This document shows positions 24,856-37,363 of a DNA stretch of 64,000 bases, piece after piece (position 1 is the stretch's first letter; the number at the start of each line of letters is the position of its first letter). The translations under genes and the position numbers were made by a program. Origin of the DNA: Podarcis liolepis (lineage: Eukaryota); NCBI GenBank assembly GCA_965112155.1, contig OZ218110.1; one strand, given 5' to 3'. Below the pieces are notes generated by a model. The model worked only from the letters and a program-made list of their open reading frames with translations, was not told the DNA's origin and did no database searches.

Positions 24856-25843
24856 TTTCTCGCTTTATTATTGTACAAAATAATAGTGTTGCTCAGTCCT
24901 CAAGTTTATTAAGTTTATTAAGAAAGTCATAGAGTTGACAAGCATACGAAATGAGATATTTTACTGAAGCAATTAATTTTAAACTCTTTGGAACATTGGA
25001 GGCAACACTTTGAATTTCACAGAAAACAACTCCAGGACTAGGAGCTCAGAGTTAAAATAATGAAAATAATGTAAATGTTAATACAATAGCGATTGTATTA
25101 ATAGAGTTTCTTCTCCTTCCCCCATAGCTACATCACACCAGGCACATTTTCTTTCATTCTCCAATTCCAGCCAAAAAAGAAAAGGTTGGCTATTGCCTGG
25201 CTACAGTATGTTCAGCACTCACTCCAAGTGATTGACTAGAAGTCCTGTGGTACACATGTGGTTGAATGCTGCCTGTAAAAAAAAGCAGGGAAGATGTGAT
25301 AGCTCTCTTCAAATGTTTAAAGGTATAACACAGAGACGAGGGAGCAGACTTGCTCTGCGTTGTTCCAAAATGTAGGACCAGAAGAAATTACAGGGGAAAA
25401 GATTTCAGCTAAACATGAAAAGAAACTGTGAAATAAGAGCTATTCCATAGCGGTACATATGTACCAACTTGAACATTTAGCATTGTGCAATGTGCACTGT
25501 TGATGGTGCTAAAGAACATGTGTTCCACATTTGTAAGAAATCAATAGTGTAAGAAATCTAGAGCAGCGGCTATACTTTGGAATGCCCAACCTACTGATAT
25601 CTGACAGGTATCTGTGCTATACTCTTTTCAATGCCTGCCTAAAATTTCTTTGTTTAGCCAAGCCTCCTCAGATATGTAGCAAAAACAAATGTGTCTTCTT
25701 TTTTAGCTATTGATGATTTCAGTCATCTTTTCACTGTTTTTAAATACCTGCTTTGAGCTGTTTTACAGATAATCGTAATGTTTTATTTCATGCTTTTGTA
25801 AACTGCTGAGGTTTTCTTACAATCAAGCAGTATGCAAAGCCAT

Positions 25844-25874
<31 letters not shown>

Positions 25875-26479
25875 CAATTTTTTTAAAAAAAACAGACTGC
25901 CATGGGAAATCCTGGTCTATCCTCTATTATTTACGCACAGACCAGGCACACATCTTTCGTCGGTGCTGTGCTTGCATCCTGTGTAACAGTGTGTCTCCTA
26001 ATACTGTGAATATCATCACCCAGCACACTGTGTCACCAGCAAAGTTTGATTACAACATCCTGTAGGAAAGTATGGTGTTCCACACAGAAAACATTCCCTT
26101 ACTCTAAGGTAAACTTTTGATTCAGGAAACAAGAGAGTCATTTCTCACTAGGGTCATGTCCTTTCAACTACCAACTGGGCAGGGTAAACTAATGAAACTG
26201 TCCCTTTCATTTCATGCAATAAACCAACCTTTCTTCCTTCCTCTGGTGCATGAACATCTTGGGGCATACAATTAAGGGTAGAAACACATATTCACAGCAA
26301 AAGCACATTTTAACTTCAACAGAAGATCCTAAACCTGTTTGGAGTGTATGTTGGAAAACATATGAGTGCTGGACACACACATGAGTTCAGACACACACTT
26401 CGTAACATCTGCATTGCAGATCTTTTCCTGATTGAAGGGGAGGTGGTGGACTAGGTGATCCGCAAAGCAATCTTTACAA

Positions 26480-26615
26480 CAGGCATGGCCAAATGTGGCC
26501 CTCCAGATGTTTTGGGACTATAATTCCCATCGTCCCTGACCACTGGTCCTGCTAGCTAGGGATGATGGGAGTTGTAGTCCCAAAACATCTGAAGGGCCAA
26601 GTTTGGCCATGCCTG
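26480..26615. mobile_element. Palindromic hAT-type MITE
   Basis: caggcatggccaaa...tttggccatgcctg forms a near-perfect hairpin; 8-bp TSD ctttacaa/ctttacag. Confidence 0.85.
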
Positions 26616-27166
26616 CTTTACAGTCTGGTGATTTTCCATTGTGTAGGTTTACTTCCAGGGAAAATATTTTGTATTACCTGGAAGCACCCAAAACAGTATC
26701 CCCCTTCCTCATACTTTTGAAGGAGATACAGTCCCGTCTCAGGATTGTACAGTCTTACTTTCTCATTACATCACTATCCCTAGTGGGAAGGGCAGCAACA
26801 TAGTACTGGAATCCCAGCTTTGGGAATATTGCCTAGTTTCAGGGAGGAAACGGGAAAGCCACAGGTAGGAAATGGTTAAGCACTATCCTTTTCTCCAAAT
26901 GCCTCACCTCTGCAAATCAGCCCTTCTCACTGGCCCTAACTCTAACCCTTTCTGTGCAAGAAGTGCTTCAAAGTAAAAGAAGTAGGTTAATGGCAGAGCT
27001 TTTAAAACACATGATACTCCATGACCATTATTTTGAAAATAATACAGCATGTGAAAACCATACTGGATACCTGGATCCTGCCAACTTTAAATTCGAACAT
27101 CAGTGGATGGTGAAACAGGAGGAGATGGTGTCTAAGCTCACTATAACTTGTCAAATTGTATTTCAG

Positions 27167-28135
27167 GATGATGTTGAGATTCATCATCAAACAGAAATAA
27201 AGAAAAATATGTCAAGCCCTACAACATTCATCCTTCTGGGATTTGGTAATCTCCTTGACCTGCGAATCTTCCTCTTTGTATTGTTTTTTGCCATCTATGC
27301 TTTGTCGCTTGTTGCAAACCTCCTAATTGTTTTTCTGGTTGTGGTTGACCAGCATCTTCAAACCCCCATGTACTTCTTCATCATGAACCTGTCCTTCTTG
27401 GAGACTTGCTACATTTCCACCATCCTCCCCAGGATGCTGGTCAGTTTCCTTACTGGGGATAGGTCCATATCCATTATGGGATGCATCACACAATATTATT
27501 TCTTTGGTTTCTTGGCAGCTACGGAATGTTATCTTCTGGCCATGATGTCCTATGACCGGTATTTGGCAATATGCAAACCTCTGCACTACTCAACCATTAT
27601 GAATGGTAGACTCTGCTTCCAGTTAGCATTCACTTCTTGGATGAGTGGTCTGTTAACCAACACTATCATAACATCTCTCATGGTAGAGCTCACATTCTGT
27701 GGGCCCAATGAAATCGATGATTTCTTTTGTGATGTATATCCTGTGGCAAACCTTTCTTGTAGCAATACTCACATAGTAAGAACTGCAGTTTTTATACTAG
27801 GGCTGATGGTGACATTACCCCCCTTTCTACTAACTTTGGCCTCCTATAGCTGCATTATTTCCACTGTCTTGCAAATTAAATCCAAGGTAGCGCAGCAAAA
27901 GGCCTTCTCCACCTGCTCTTCTCATCTGATTGTTGTGTCACTTTTCTATGGGTCAATATTCCTTGTCTATATAGTCCCTGAAACAGAAACACTGAAGAGA
28001 CTACACAAAATGTTTTCTCTGTTCTACACCATCCTGACTCCCATGCTGAACCCCCTCATATACAGCTTGAGAAATAGGGAGGTGAAGGAAGCGCTGTGCA
28101 GATCTGTCAGAAAATTCAGCAGCAGAGTTTTGTAG
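27167..28135 (+). CDS. Olfactory receptor OR5, main coding exon; predicted CDS join(24665..24721,27167..28135), 341 aa
   Basis: All OR motifs present. Acceptor ttgtatttcAG at 27165-27166. The paralogous start position is ATA. Confidence 0.95.
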   Translation, partial: DDVEIHHQTEIKKNMSSPTTFILLGFGNLLDLRIFLFVLFFAIYALSLVANLLIVFLVVVDQHLQTPMYFFIMNLSFLETCYISTILPRMLVSFLTGDRSISIMGCITQYYFFGFLAATECYLLAMMSYDRYLAICKPLHYSTIMNGRLCFQLAFTSWMSGLLTNTIITSLMVELTFCGPNEIDDFFCDVYPVANLSCSNTHIVRTAVFILGLMVTLPPFLLTLASYSCIISTVLQIKSKVAQQKAFSTCSSHLIVVSLFYGSIFLVYIVPETETLKRLHKMFSLFYTILTPMLNPLIYSLRNREVKEALCRSVRKFSSRVL

Positions 28136-31100
28136 CTTCGCAATGTTGTGCTGGATCTGGTGAAGTATGCAGAAATGCACATAGATGAAGGGTTGAGAAA
28201 GGATTTGCCATTAATGGGATGTGAGGATCTCACATTTGCAAATACCTCAGTAAAGCAGTCTGAGCCAAATGTGCATATTGCAATTCAGTTCTCCAGCATA
28301 TTTTTTGACTTCTGAAGTTGTTGTGGCACACTTTTCAGCAGGTGGATCTGATCGGTATTTTCATGGATCTGTTAATCCATATTCACAATTATTATGGATA
28401 ATTGTAGTTGGTGAAGATATCAAATAAAGCATGATTTTTTAAATTGTAAAATGTGTATTTTCCATGGCTATTGAAAGAACAACAACAATTACTTGCATTT
28501 ACCTCCTGAATTGGCCTCCATTTCTATAATGCTAAAGGACAGAGGGTCTCTAGCTATTGTTGGCCAAAATGGTCTCAGATGGTAAGGGTTTTAGCCCAAC
28601 AATATCTAATGGGCCATTCATTCCCTACCACTGAACTAAACCAATATGAAAAATTTTAATGGAATTTCAAATGGCCATATTGCTGTGCCATTTCAATCTC
28701 TCGTTCAACTCTTATTCATCACCACTATGTGCTTATGTTCTGTGTCATCAAGATTTCAATCTTATGCCAATTTACTTCAGAATAATCTCCACTGAATTCA
28801 ATAGAAATTCCTTTTCTATACACATGCATAGGATTGTTCTGGAAGGATCCAATCCTGTGCACACTTCTCTGGAAGTAAGTCCTGTTAAAGTCATTGGGGA
28901 TTTTGATTATACATGTACAGGATTGCATGTTAGTTACATCAATATATTAATAATATTTTTAGTATATATATATTTTAAATTTATATCCTGCCTTTCCCCT
29001 GACAAAGACTCAAGGTGTCTTACAGATAAAATAATAACAGCTAAAAACATAGGGGAGGGAAAACAATATTTAAATAAAATAAAGTAATAAAATTAAAATT
29101 GTATCTGGCATGTCTGTGCTCATGTCTGTTCATGTGTGTGTATTTTAATCGACACATATTGGGACATTTCTATGGAAAGCCAGAGTAATGTTTGCTTTTT
29201 ACAAGAAGACAGAGAGATTTGACATGCCGAGTTTGATTTTGCAGGATGTCCTCCAACATTTCCTGAGTATTCTCAGGTAGAAGCAAGAAATTTCACATGG
29301 TTCAAGGACATCCACTATACAGTCTATACTGAACAGATGGGATTTAATCTGAAAGGGAGGATGAAAGCTGAATTGAAATTGGTGCTAGCCAAGTTACTTG
29401 ATTGTGTAGGTCTAGGTGGTCCTCCATCTGCACTTCACACCTTTCTCTGAAACTTGTCTCTTTGAAATATGTTGCCGTGTATTGAATGCTGCAACGGACA
29501 TAGTGATCTAATCCTTCTCACTTCTATTTAAGGCTGTTGCTTGTCCCAATTTATAGTCATCAGCACAGGAAATATTGCTGGGCTCCAGCTCACCTACAGA
29601 AAATTAACAGGTTTCCCAATTAATTAATTAATTAATTAAATTTGTATACCGCCCTATACCCATAGATCTCAGGACAGTTCACAATTTAACATTTCAACAA
29701 AAGTATGACTCTGAAAGGCAAAGATGGAATGTCTAATGAGTGCAAGCTTGTTTGTCCTCTAATTGCAGGCAACATGTGCTGCAGTTCTGGGGCAGTCTAC
29801 CCCCACACACCTCTGCTTCTTTTAGAACAATGTCAGGTTCCTGTCTTACCTAAACTATAAAGGGACCTCTTTGGAAGAAGGGGCTTGGGCCCCATGGAGA
29901 CCCTTGTTCCAGCTGAAGATCTAAAGGTGACCTGAAATACCCTTTCTAGGGCTCCCGCCAATAACTCCTCCTACCCTATACTGCTTTGATCTCCAGTTCT
30001 CTTTGTCAATTGGCCTCAGGAGCAAAGGGAGCAGCAGACCACATGGGAAGCCAAGTGTTTCAATAGAAGCCTCCATTTGCCTACCAAATGCTTCTATTGC
30101 TCATGATCTACTGGGGTGGGAGGGTCTATTCAGTGGCAGGAGGGAAATCGAGCTGCAAGCAATGACTCGGCTTCAAGAAATGAGAAAATAAAGGAGGAGC
30201 TGTCAGTGACTATACAACTCTCTCCATATCCTCTGGACCATTGTTAATGCCCACATTTCCATCTCTGCTCTGGAACTCACTGCCTTAGCTCCTGCCTCCA
30301 CACCTAGAGCTTGACACAGGAACTCAACTTTAAAATACTTGGAAGTGGGCTATGAAACTTCAAGAACCTCCAAGTCTTAGCTGAAATGGCACGAGCCTAG
30401 GATACCTCCTCTCATACCAACTTGTTCACTCCCTGGGTTCTTCTGGGTATCCACTTGTGCCACAAGGGTGGCTGAGGAATGGCTGGTTGAGATGTGAGAG
30501 AGGCCTTTCTCCATGATCATGCCAATCTCTACTTCAGGATGTTCAGTGCCTTCTACCCTCCATTCTTTTCCATGCCTAAGACTTTTATTACTGTTCCAGT
30601 TGGCATCTGCCATTTGACATTCCAAGTTGAGGATTTTTCTGTGGGCTGGATTTTGAAACTGGTTGGACACAGTGCTGTCTTTCTAGAAAAAGAGGTCCTG
30701 GCACTCACCATGGATACCTCCCTTGTTCTCTTACAGTGGCAATGGTGCCCACCTGAGAGGTGCCAAAAAGATTCCAGCTGAAAAAAGCTCTGTACCTGTT
30801 ACACCCGTCTCTGTTTTTCCAAATGTTTGCTTTTACAGTTGATTATTTAATTTTTGTTAGGTTTTTTTTCCTTCCTTAATGGAAGCTGGCTGCGCACGAT
30901 AAAGGCAGTGGTACGGAGGAATATTTTTTTAAATAAATAATACATCAATGACAATCCATCATTCTTTATTATGATGATCATAGTTCAGCCACTAAGTTAC
31001 AGTCAAACAAATACAGTTTGCAATTTGCAGTTAACAAGACAGTAGCAGTCTATTAGGAATTAATAGACAGAAGTTAGACTACATCCCACTTTTATTAACC

Positions 31101-31874
31101 ATTCTGGCTCTGTTTTGTTTGTGGGGCAGTTATAAGGCAATGCACAATCATCCTGATTTGCTTCCAAGGTATTTACACATCTTCCTGTTAATCATTCATT
31201 CCTCCCACACTTTTCAGTTTCTTTCCCCATCACTGCACAGTCTCTGGATGTGTTTTATGTGGATTGCTTATGCTAGGGCATGGGCACTAGGACACTTTAT
31301 TCCACTTGAATTATGCAAGACTACATTTAGTTTTCTGATAAGGGCTACAATCCGACTTGCAAAATAGTGGAAGTATGTGGGACAGGCTGTATGGCACCGA
31401 CATAACTCTCCTCAGTGTCTTGCTGCTGCTTGCTCACTACCCTTCTAGCTCTCTGCCAACCCAAACAAATGCATTGGTGGTGTCACGATGCATCACATAA
31501 GGAATGTTCATGCATGAGTGTATAGCCTGGGCTGTTTGCCTCACTGCCTGATCACTTGGTCAGAGTGAGTTGCCTGCCTTAAGCAGCAAATGCTGCAGAA
31601 GAGAAAGCCATATCAAAGCACTAAATGAAAAGCTCTCCATGCCCCCAAAGCTGAATTGCCTTCAGGGGTAATGCCAGCCTTGAAGGTTAAAATGCCAATC
31701 CAGTCTCTATTTGGAATGAAGGGACACCATATTGTCTTTTGCCTCAGGTAGCAAGATATTTTGGACTGGCCCATGAATGTGTTGCCTTGTGCTTCACTTT
31801 AGGATATAGTAGGAATAAAATATATACATCATTTCCCACTATGGCCATTGCCTTTCAAGTACTCTTTTTGCAAT

Positions 31875-33462
31875 TTCTTTTTTTTTTAATAATCTTTATT
31901 AAAATTTCAAAAAGTACAAAAAACAAAACAGAAAAACAAAAGAAAACACAAAAAACAACAAAAAAGGTTCCACCTTTTAAATCTCATTTTCAATAACTTC
32001 TTTTCATGACTTCCCCACGCCTCCCCTTCTTGTATTCCAGCTCCAATTGTTTGTTCAAACAAGTTTTTATCCTTAGTGTCTTAACCATAATTTGTTAATT
32101 TACTTAGCCATAATTTGTTAATATACTTCTTTATAATATGTTTAACCCTTAGTTCATTATTATGCTTGGTTCAGTTTATTCAGCAACTTTTAAAATATAT
32201 ACCTTAATCATATATAAAAGAAAAAAGAGATAAAGAAACAAGAGAAAAGATACCTTTCCTAAGGTTGTCCCTAGGTCCCATCCACGGGTTCCCCATTCTT
32301 ATAATAATAAACAACATAAAATTTTACACTGCAAAGTAAAAATCAGGCCCCCTTTGGACTTCTAAACCCCACCCTTCTCTCCCCAGTTTCAATCCCAAAC
32401 CAAAGTCCAGTTAGTCCATCTTTTTAGCCTGGTGACCTTACGTCCGAGGCTCTCAAATCTCTCTCAGTCACTTTCAGGCGGCTTCTTCGGAGGTCTCTTA
32501 TGCTTAACACCCAAACTCGAAGCGGTACCTTCTCAGTACTGACCATGTTTCTTCCAGCCAGGCCTACTTGTTTAAAGGTGGAACTCCAGCTCTGTTTCTT
32601 AAATCTATATGTCCCAAATAGTCCAGCTTTCACCTTGATCGAACTATAGTTCATCTTGGCAGGTCTCTGGCTCTCATTTGTCTTCTGTAACATTTCAGCC
32701 ACCCCTTCTTTCTGCTCCTCCTGTTCAGCAAGTGCCTTTTCCTCCTCTCCAATCTTTGATTTCTTTTCTTGTCCAGCTGCCTGTGTTTTGAACATCAAGT
32801 CCCTTTCCAACTCAGTAGGTATATTTTCTGTTGACTTCGATTTTGTAGGACTTGTAGACAAAACATGGCCTTGCTCGAACATCTCTCGCAGCTTTCCCAT
32901 AAGAAAGATAAGCTCTTGCAAGTCAGCTCGTATTTCCCGACCTAATTCCATTCTTGTAATGTCCAAGAATCCCCTCTAGAGGGATTCTGGTTACTTAGTA
33001 TTCCTTTCACTTCCGATCCAAAAGTCAAATTTATTTGTATCAATCTTTCTTTACTTTCAATATTTTGTAGCGATATAACCAGTTAAAATTTAGGCTTTCA
33101 GTTTTTCCCAACTTTGACAGCTAATTTGACAGCTGTCAAAAGTTTTCTGTAGATCCTCAGCAGGCTCTTTTCACGGTTTACTCCCGGGCTTGAGAAAAAT
33201 GGTACTTAATCCAAACAAATAAACTCTCGTCCTCCAGCACATTAACTTAGACTTTTAAATCCGTGGAATTTATATCTTTTATCCAATCACGAAAAGAAAA
33301 AACGACAGTTCTTCTCACAACCTTAGTTGGCAGATCCTTGCTTTAAACTGTTTACAATGGGGGGGAGACGGACTTCCTTTTTTTTTCCACCTCCCCCGCT
33401 CGTACCAAATTTACAAACGAATTATTTGTAATCCAATTTCCAAATTACTCACGGGTTGTTGT
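31875..33462 (-). mobile_element. Non-autonomous poly(A) retroelement, copy 1 (5'-truncated), with 175-aa ORF
   Basis: Poly(A) and AATAAA at the left end; colinear with 35742-38236. Confidence 0.75.
32424..32951 (-). CDS. Retroelement-encoded uncharacterised protein (175 aa)
   Basis: ATG 32951 MELGREIRADLQEL...RLKVTERDLRASDVRSPG; homologous to 36209-36820. Confidence 0.55.
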   Translation of the reverse strand: MELGREIRADLQELIFLMGKLREMFEQGHVLSTSPTKSKSTENIPTELERDLMFKTQAAGQEKKSKIGEEEKALAEQEEQKEGVAEMLQKTNESQRPAKMNYSSIKVKAGLFGTYRFKKQSWSSTFKQVGLAGRNMVSTEKVPLRVWVLSIRDLRRSRLKVTERDLRASDVRSPG

Positions 33463-33639
33463 AACTAGCTGACTCACAACAAGCGATAACGCTAGCAACC
33501 CATATGAAATCAAAGGAACTGAATGGAGTAGTTTGGCTGCTATGTCTCACAACTTTTGATCAGCTTTTAAACATAAGGAACAGGTTTGAGTCAGATGAAT
33601 TCTTGCAATAAATAGTAATCTGCTAAGAACAGCTCTTGG

Positions 33640-33820
33640 GGTTTTGTGGGGGGATTGCTCAAGGGAGTCAGGACAGTGCAGAATACTTTACTAAGCTGTC
33701 TTTGGGTGTTGGGAAACATCTGGAGAATTATTACGGTACCACAAAAAATACAAGCCATAGCGGGATGAGAAGAGTAGTACAAAAAAGGGTTTAGAAGATG
33801 AGTATTTTTTTAGGATGGGG
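33640..33820 (-). pseudogene. Degraded OR TM6-TM7 remnant downstream of OR6
   Basis: Translation YSSHPAMACIFCGTVIILQMFPNTQRQLSKVFCTVLTPLSNP resembles CSSHLTVVCIFYGTIIIVYMLP..RDLNKVF..YTVLTPLINP. Confidence 0.75.
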
Positions 33821-33908
33821 GAACTTTTCTTCTGTAAACAGCCTTCCTGTAAACACTCTATTATAAAGCCTCTCACATCTTACTCTCATAAGCCATGACG
33901 AAGGATCT

Positions 33909-34895
33909 TCAACGGCTAATAAGGTTAAAGGATGGAGGGGAGCAAAGTCTCGCATGAACTGTCAATCTACCACATAGAGTCTTTAAGGCTTTGTGAACTT
34001 CTTTGTTTCTCAAACTGTAGATGAGAGGATTGATCGAGGGATTCAGGATGGTGTAGAAGAGTGAAAATACTTTATTGAGATCTCTCAGAGTCGGGGTGTC
34101 TGGCAACATGTAGACAATGATTATTGAACCATAAAAAGTGCAAACCACAATGAGATGAGAGGAGCAGGTCAAAAATGCTTTTTTTCTCCCAACAGCAGAT
34201 GGAATCTTCAGGATAGTACTCATAATACAAACGTAGGATATGAGAATCAACAAGAATGGGGTGACAGTGATAAAGAAGGCTGAGAAAAGGGTAAAGAGTT
34301 CAATCCTGCTAGTGTCACTGCAAGAGAGTTTTTCAATTGGGGTGAGGTCACAAAAGTAATGATTAATGACATTGGGCCCACAGAAGTATAACTGAGCCAG
34401 AAGACCTACTAGTATGCCATTAAAGAATGGACCATTTGTCCATGTCCCAGCCATAAGCTGACAACATAGTTTTCCATTCATGATGGAAGCATACAGCAAA
34501 GGTCTACATATTGCCACATAGCGGTCATAGGACATCACGGCCAGAATATATGTTTCTATAGCTACAAAAGAGCCAAAGAAATAAAACTGGGTTAGGCACC
34601 CATTTAAAGAGATGGTTCTCTTTTGAGATATCATATCAGCTAACATTTTGGGCAGGATGACTGAGCTGGTACAAGTCTCCAGGCAGGACAAATTGGCCAG
34701 GAAGAAGTACATGGGTGTGTGGAGGTGCTGATCAGCCACAACAAGCAAAATGATGAAACAATTCCCAGTTAGTGTCAAGATGTAAATCATGAGGAAGAAA
34801 GAGAAAAGGAAAGGCTGCAGCTCAAGCAGATTCCCAAAACCCAGGAGGATGAATTCTCTGATTGCTGTCTGGTTTCCTTCTTCTGTGTTCCCCAT
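33909..34895 (-). CDS. Olfactory receptor OR6 (OR11A-like)
   Basis: ATG 34895 (MGNTEEGNQT), full OR motifs; acceptor at 34926-34927. Confidence 0.96.
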   Translation of the reverse strand: MGNTEEGNQTAIREFILLGFGNLLELQPFLFSFFLMIYILTLTGNCFIILLVVADQHLHTPMYFFLANLSCLETCTSSVILPKMLADMISQKRTISLNGCLTQFYFFGSFVAIETYILAVMSYDRYVAICRPLLYASIMNGKLCCQLMAGTWTNGPFFNGILVGLLAQLYFCGPNVINHYFCDLTPIEKLSCSDTSRIELFTLFSAFFITVTPFLLILISYVCIMSTILKIPSAVGRKKAFLTCSSHLIVVCTFYGSIIIVYMLPDTPTLRDLNKVFSLFYTILNPSINPLIYSLRNKEVHKALKTLCGRLTVHARLCSPPSFNLISR

Positions 34896-35198
34896 TGCTT
34901 TAATCAACAGGAGGTCAACACAACCCTACAACATAACAAGAACCAATGGTTTAAATGAAGTGGTATTCACATATTTTGGGGACAGTACTGTGCAAACCTA
35001 TACATGACTACTCAGAAACACCACTGCAGAAAATTCAACGAAACTTATTCCCTGTTTGAAAAATGCGTAAATGATTTCAATAGAAATTAATAATTCGAGC
35101 CATATGCCATGTGTCTTATTAAATTTAAAATTTTTGAATATCTGATATCTCAGTTCTGAGGGTTAGGCAGGGCTTTGATGAAAGCATATGGCTTTAGT

Positions 35199-35430
35199 AC
35201 TTACATGCACCCATTTACTGTTGGATTATGCTCCAGGAGTTAGTGCTGCTAGCAGAGGTTGTGTGATGAACAACACCATGCAATTGAGTGTCTCTGAAAC
35301 TGCATCTTGCAAAAACATAAAAGGAAGTGAGCCTGGAGACTTACTGCTGATTTTCTAGCTGCGTGGAATACATATATGATGCAAACAACTTCTTAAACCC
35401 AACAGGGATCCCAATATTAATTCCTCCTCT
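35199..35430 (-). promoter_or_regulatory. Putative promoter and non-coding first exon of OR6
   Basis: Donor GTAAGT at 35199-35204 and block atgatgcaaacaacttcttaaacccaacagggatcccaatattaa, conserved upstream of OR7, OR8 and OR9. Confidence 0.6.
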
Positions 35431-36208
35431 GTGGACTACTATCTCATCTGGGTAAATTGTGACCTAGAACATCTATAGGTAGGGATGTTAGAGAATTCAA
35501 AACAAAAACAGAAACGGAAATTGAAGAGGAAAGTGATGAAGCTTGCTTATTTGCCCCATATTAGAAATAGAAATCAATCAAGTGAATACCAGTTAGTATT
35601 TGCTGTTGCTGGTGTGCAGGGTTTTAAGTATAATCAATAGCATTATTTTCCCAATTTAAATTGTGTTCCCTTTGCATGAAAATGAACGGCCTTTGAAATG
35701 AAAAGAATGGTGTTACATCAATGATTACATCAATTACTTTATTATTATTTTTTATAAAATTTTTATCAGGATTTTCTCATTTTTTAAGACAAACACACAA
35801 AAACATAAACATACATATCAACATTACACACAAATAACACATATAATTGTAAAATCTTATTTTCTTAACCACTTTCCCGGACTTCCCCCACCTCCCCTTC
35901 TTGCATCCCCATTCAAAGTTTAGCCCAGCAAGTTCTTTGTACCCAAATTAATCCCTTGTTAATATTTTACTTAAATCATCTTAATTAACCAATTTCAAAC
36001 CTCTATATTTCATTTTAATACCCAACATCAACCCCTTTTTCTAAGATTGATCCACATTCCCTTTCACGAAGTTCCCAATTATTAAAATACTTACAAAAAA
36101 TCTTAACAAATAAAAACATATACTTGTAACCCTTTGGGTTCTAAAGTTCTTTCCCCCCCCTTCCCCCGGTTTTGATCCCTAAAAAAATGTCCTTCAATCT
36201 GTCAGTTC

Positions 36209-36820
36209 TCAGCCTGGATCTATCACATCCGAGGCCTTTAAGTCTCTTAAGTCTCTTTCAGTCCCTTTCAGCCGGTTTTGTTGACTGTCCTTTATGTTGA
36301 ACATCCGATCTCGGAGCATCTTTGACCCAGTAGGGTCTGTATTTTTTCCAACCAGTCCTCCATATTCAAAGGAAGAGTCCAGATCCTGCTTCTTATTCTT
36401 TCCAAGTCCAAATATCCCAAATGTCCCAAACATTCCAATTTTCACCTTGGTCAAAATTGTAATCCATAGGTCTTCCGGACTCCCCATAGGGAAGAATCCC
36501 CAATCTTCATTCTTGATTTCAAACCAAATTTTCGACATCCGAACTTTACCTTCCTTGTATTCTGACCTTAGAGGCCTCTGGTTGTCCTTTTTCACTTGCA
36601 TCATTTCTGCTCCTCCTTCACATTCCTCCAAAACGGCACATATATCTTGCTTCCCAGCTGTAGATTCTTCTTGAGTCAAGTCCACCACTTCAGCAGAGTT
36701 GTTTATTTTAAAATTCAAAGTTGTCAGATTCGTAGCCATAACATGACTCTGCTCTTGCAGCATTCCCAGGAGTTCAAAGACCCTATCCAGCTCTGCTTGT
36801 AATTTTCCATCTGCAGCCAT
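36209..36820 (-). CDS. Retroelement-encoded uncharacterised protein (203 aa)
   Basis: ATG 36820 MAADGKLQAELDRVFELL...RLKGTERDLRDLKASDVIDPG; homologous to 32424-32951. Confidence 0.55.
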   Translation of the reverse strand: MAADGKLQAELDRVFELLGMLQEQSHVMATNLTTLNFKINNSAEVVDLTQEESTAGKQDICAVLEECEGGAEMMQVKKDNQRPLRSEYKEGKVRMSKIWFEIKNEDWGFFPMGSPEDLWITILTKVKIGMFGTFGIFGLGKNKKQDLDSSFEYGGLVGKNTDPTGSKMLRDRMFNIKDSQQNRLKGTERDLRDLKASDVIDPG

Positions 36821-36950
36821 TGTAATGTCCCAAATCCCCTCTAGAGGGATTTTGGTTACTAAGTGTTCTTTTTCCAACAATCAGGTTATTTTGTTAAAAT
36901 AAAAAAATTCCTTCCAGTAGCACCTTAAAGACCAGCTAAGTTAGTTATTG

Positions 36951-36988
36951 GTATGAGCTTTCGTGTGCATGCACACTTCTTCAGATAC
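36951..36988 (-). ncRNA. Minimal type I hammerhead ribozyme motif
   Basis: Minus strand reads GTAT CTGAAGA A GTGTGC AT GCACAC GAAA GC TC ATAC. Confidence 0.7.
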
Positions 36989-37363
36989 ACTGAAACAGAA
37001 GTTGCCAGATCCTTCTATATAGTGAGAAGGTGGGGAGGGGTGTTACTCAGAAGGGTGGTGGGAATGGGAGATAGGCAGATAGCTGGGAGAGCCTGTTGAC
37101 GACTCTTAACGACTGTAATAGGTCTTACAGGAAAAGGCAAGGGGTGAGGAGGTGAGAAATGGTTTAGTCATGTATAGTGAGATAAGAATCCAATGTCTTT
37201 GTTCAGCCCAGGTATTTCCATGGTTTTAAGTTTGGTAATGAGTTGTAATTCAGCAGCTTATCTCCCATTCCCACCACCTATCTCCCATTCCCACCACCCT
37301 TCTGAGTAACACCCCTCCCCACCTTCTCACTATATAGAAGGATCTGGCAACTTCTGTTTCAGT

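Noticed and set aside
26954-27166. 71-aa N-terminal extension of the 393-aa ORF
   Set aside because: It starts at GTG and lies upstream of the conserved acceptor, so it is intronic open frame with no counterpart in paralogues.
28770-28930. Short palindromic agtaag..cactgaattcaatag-type units (also ~9525-9612)
   Set aside because: They look like a common degraded squamate palindromic repeat; boundaries cannot be supported.
34896-34925. Open 10-codon leader before the ATG in OR6/7/8/9, suggesting another coding upstream exon
   Set aside because: The OR3 leader has an in-frame TGA, all these genes retain the ATG, and I found no conserved upstream ATG-initiated frame in their first exons.
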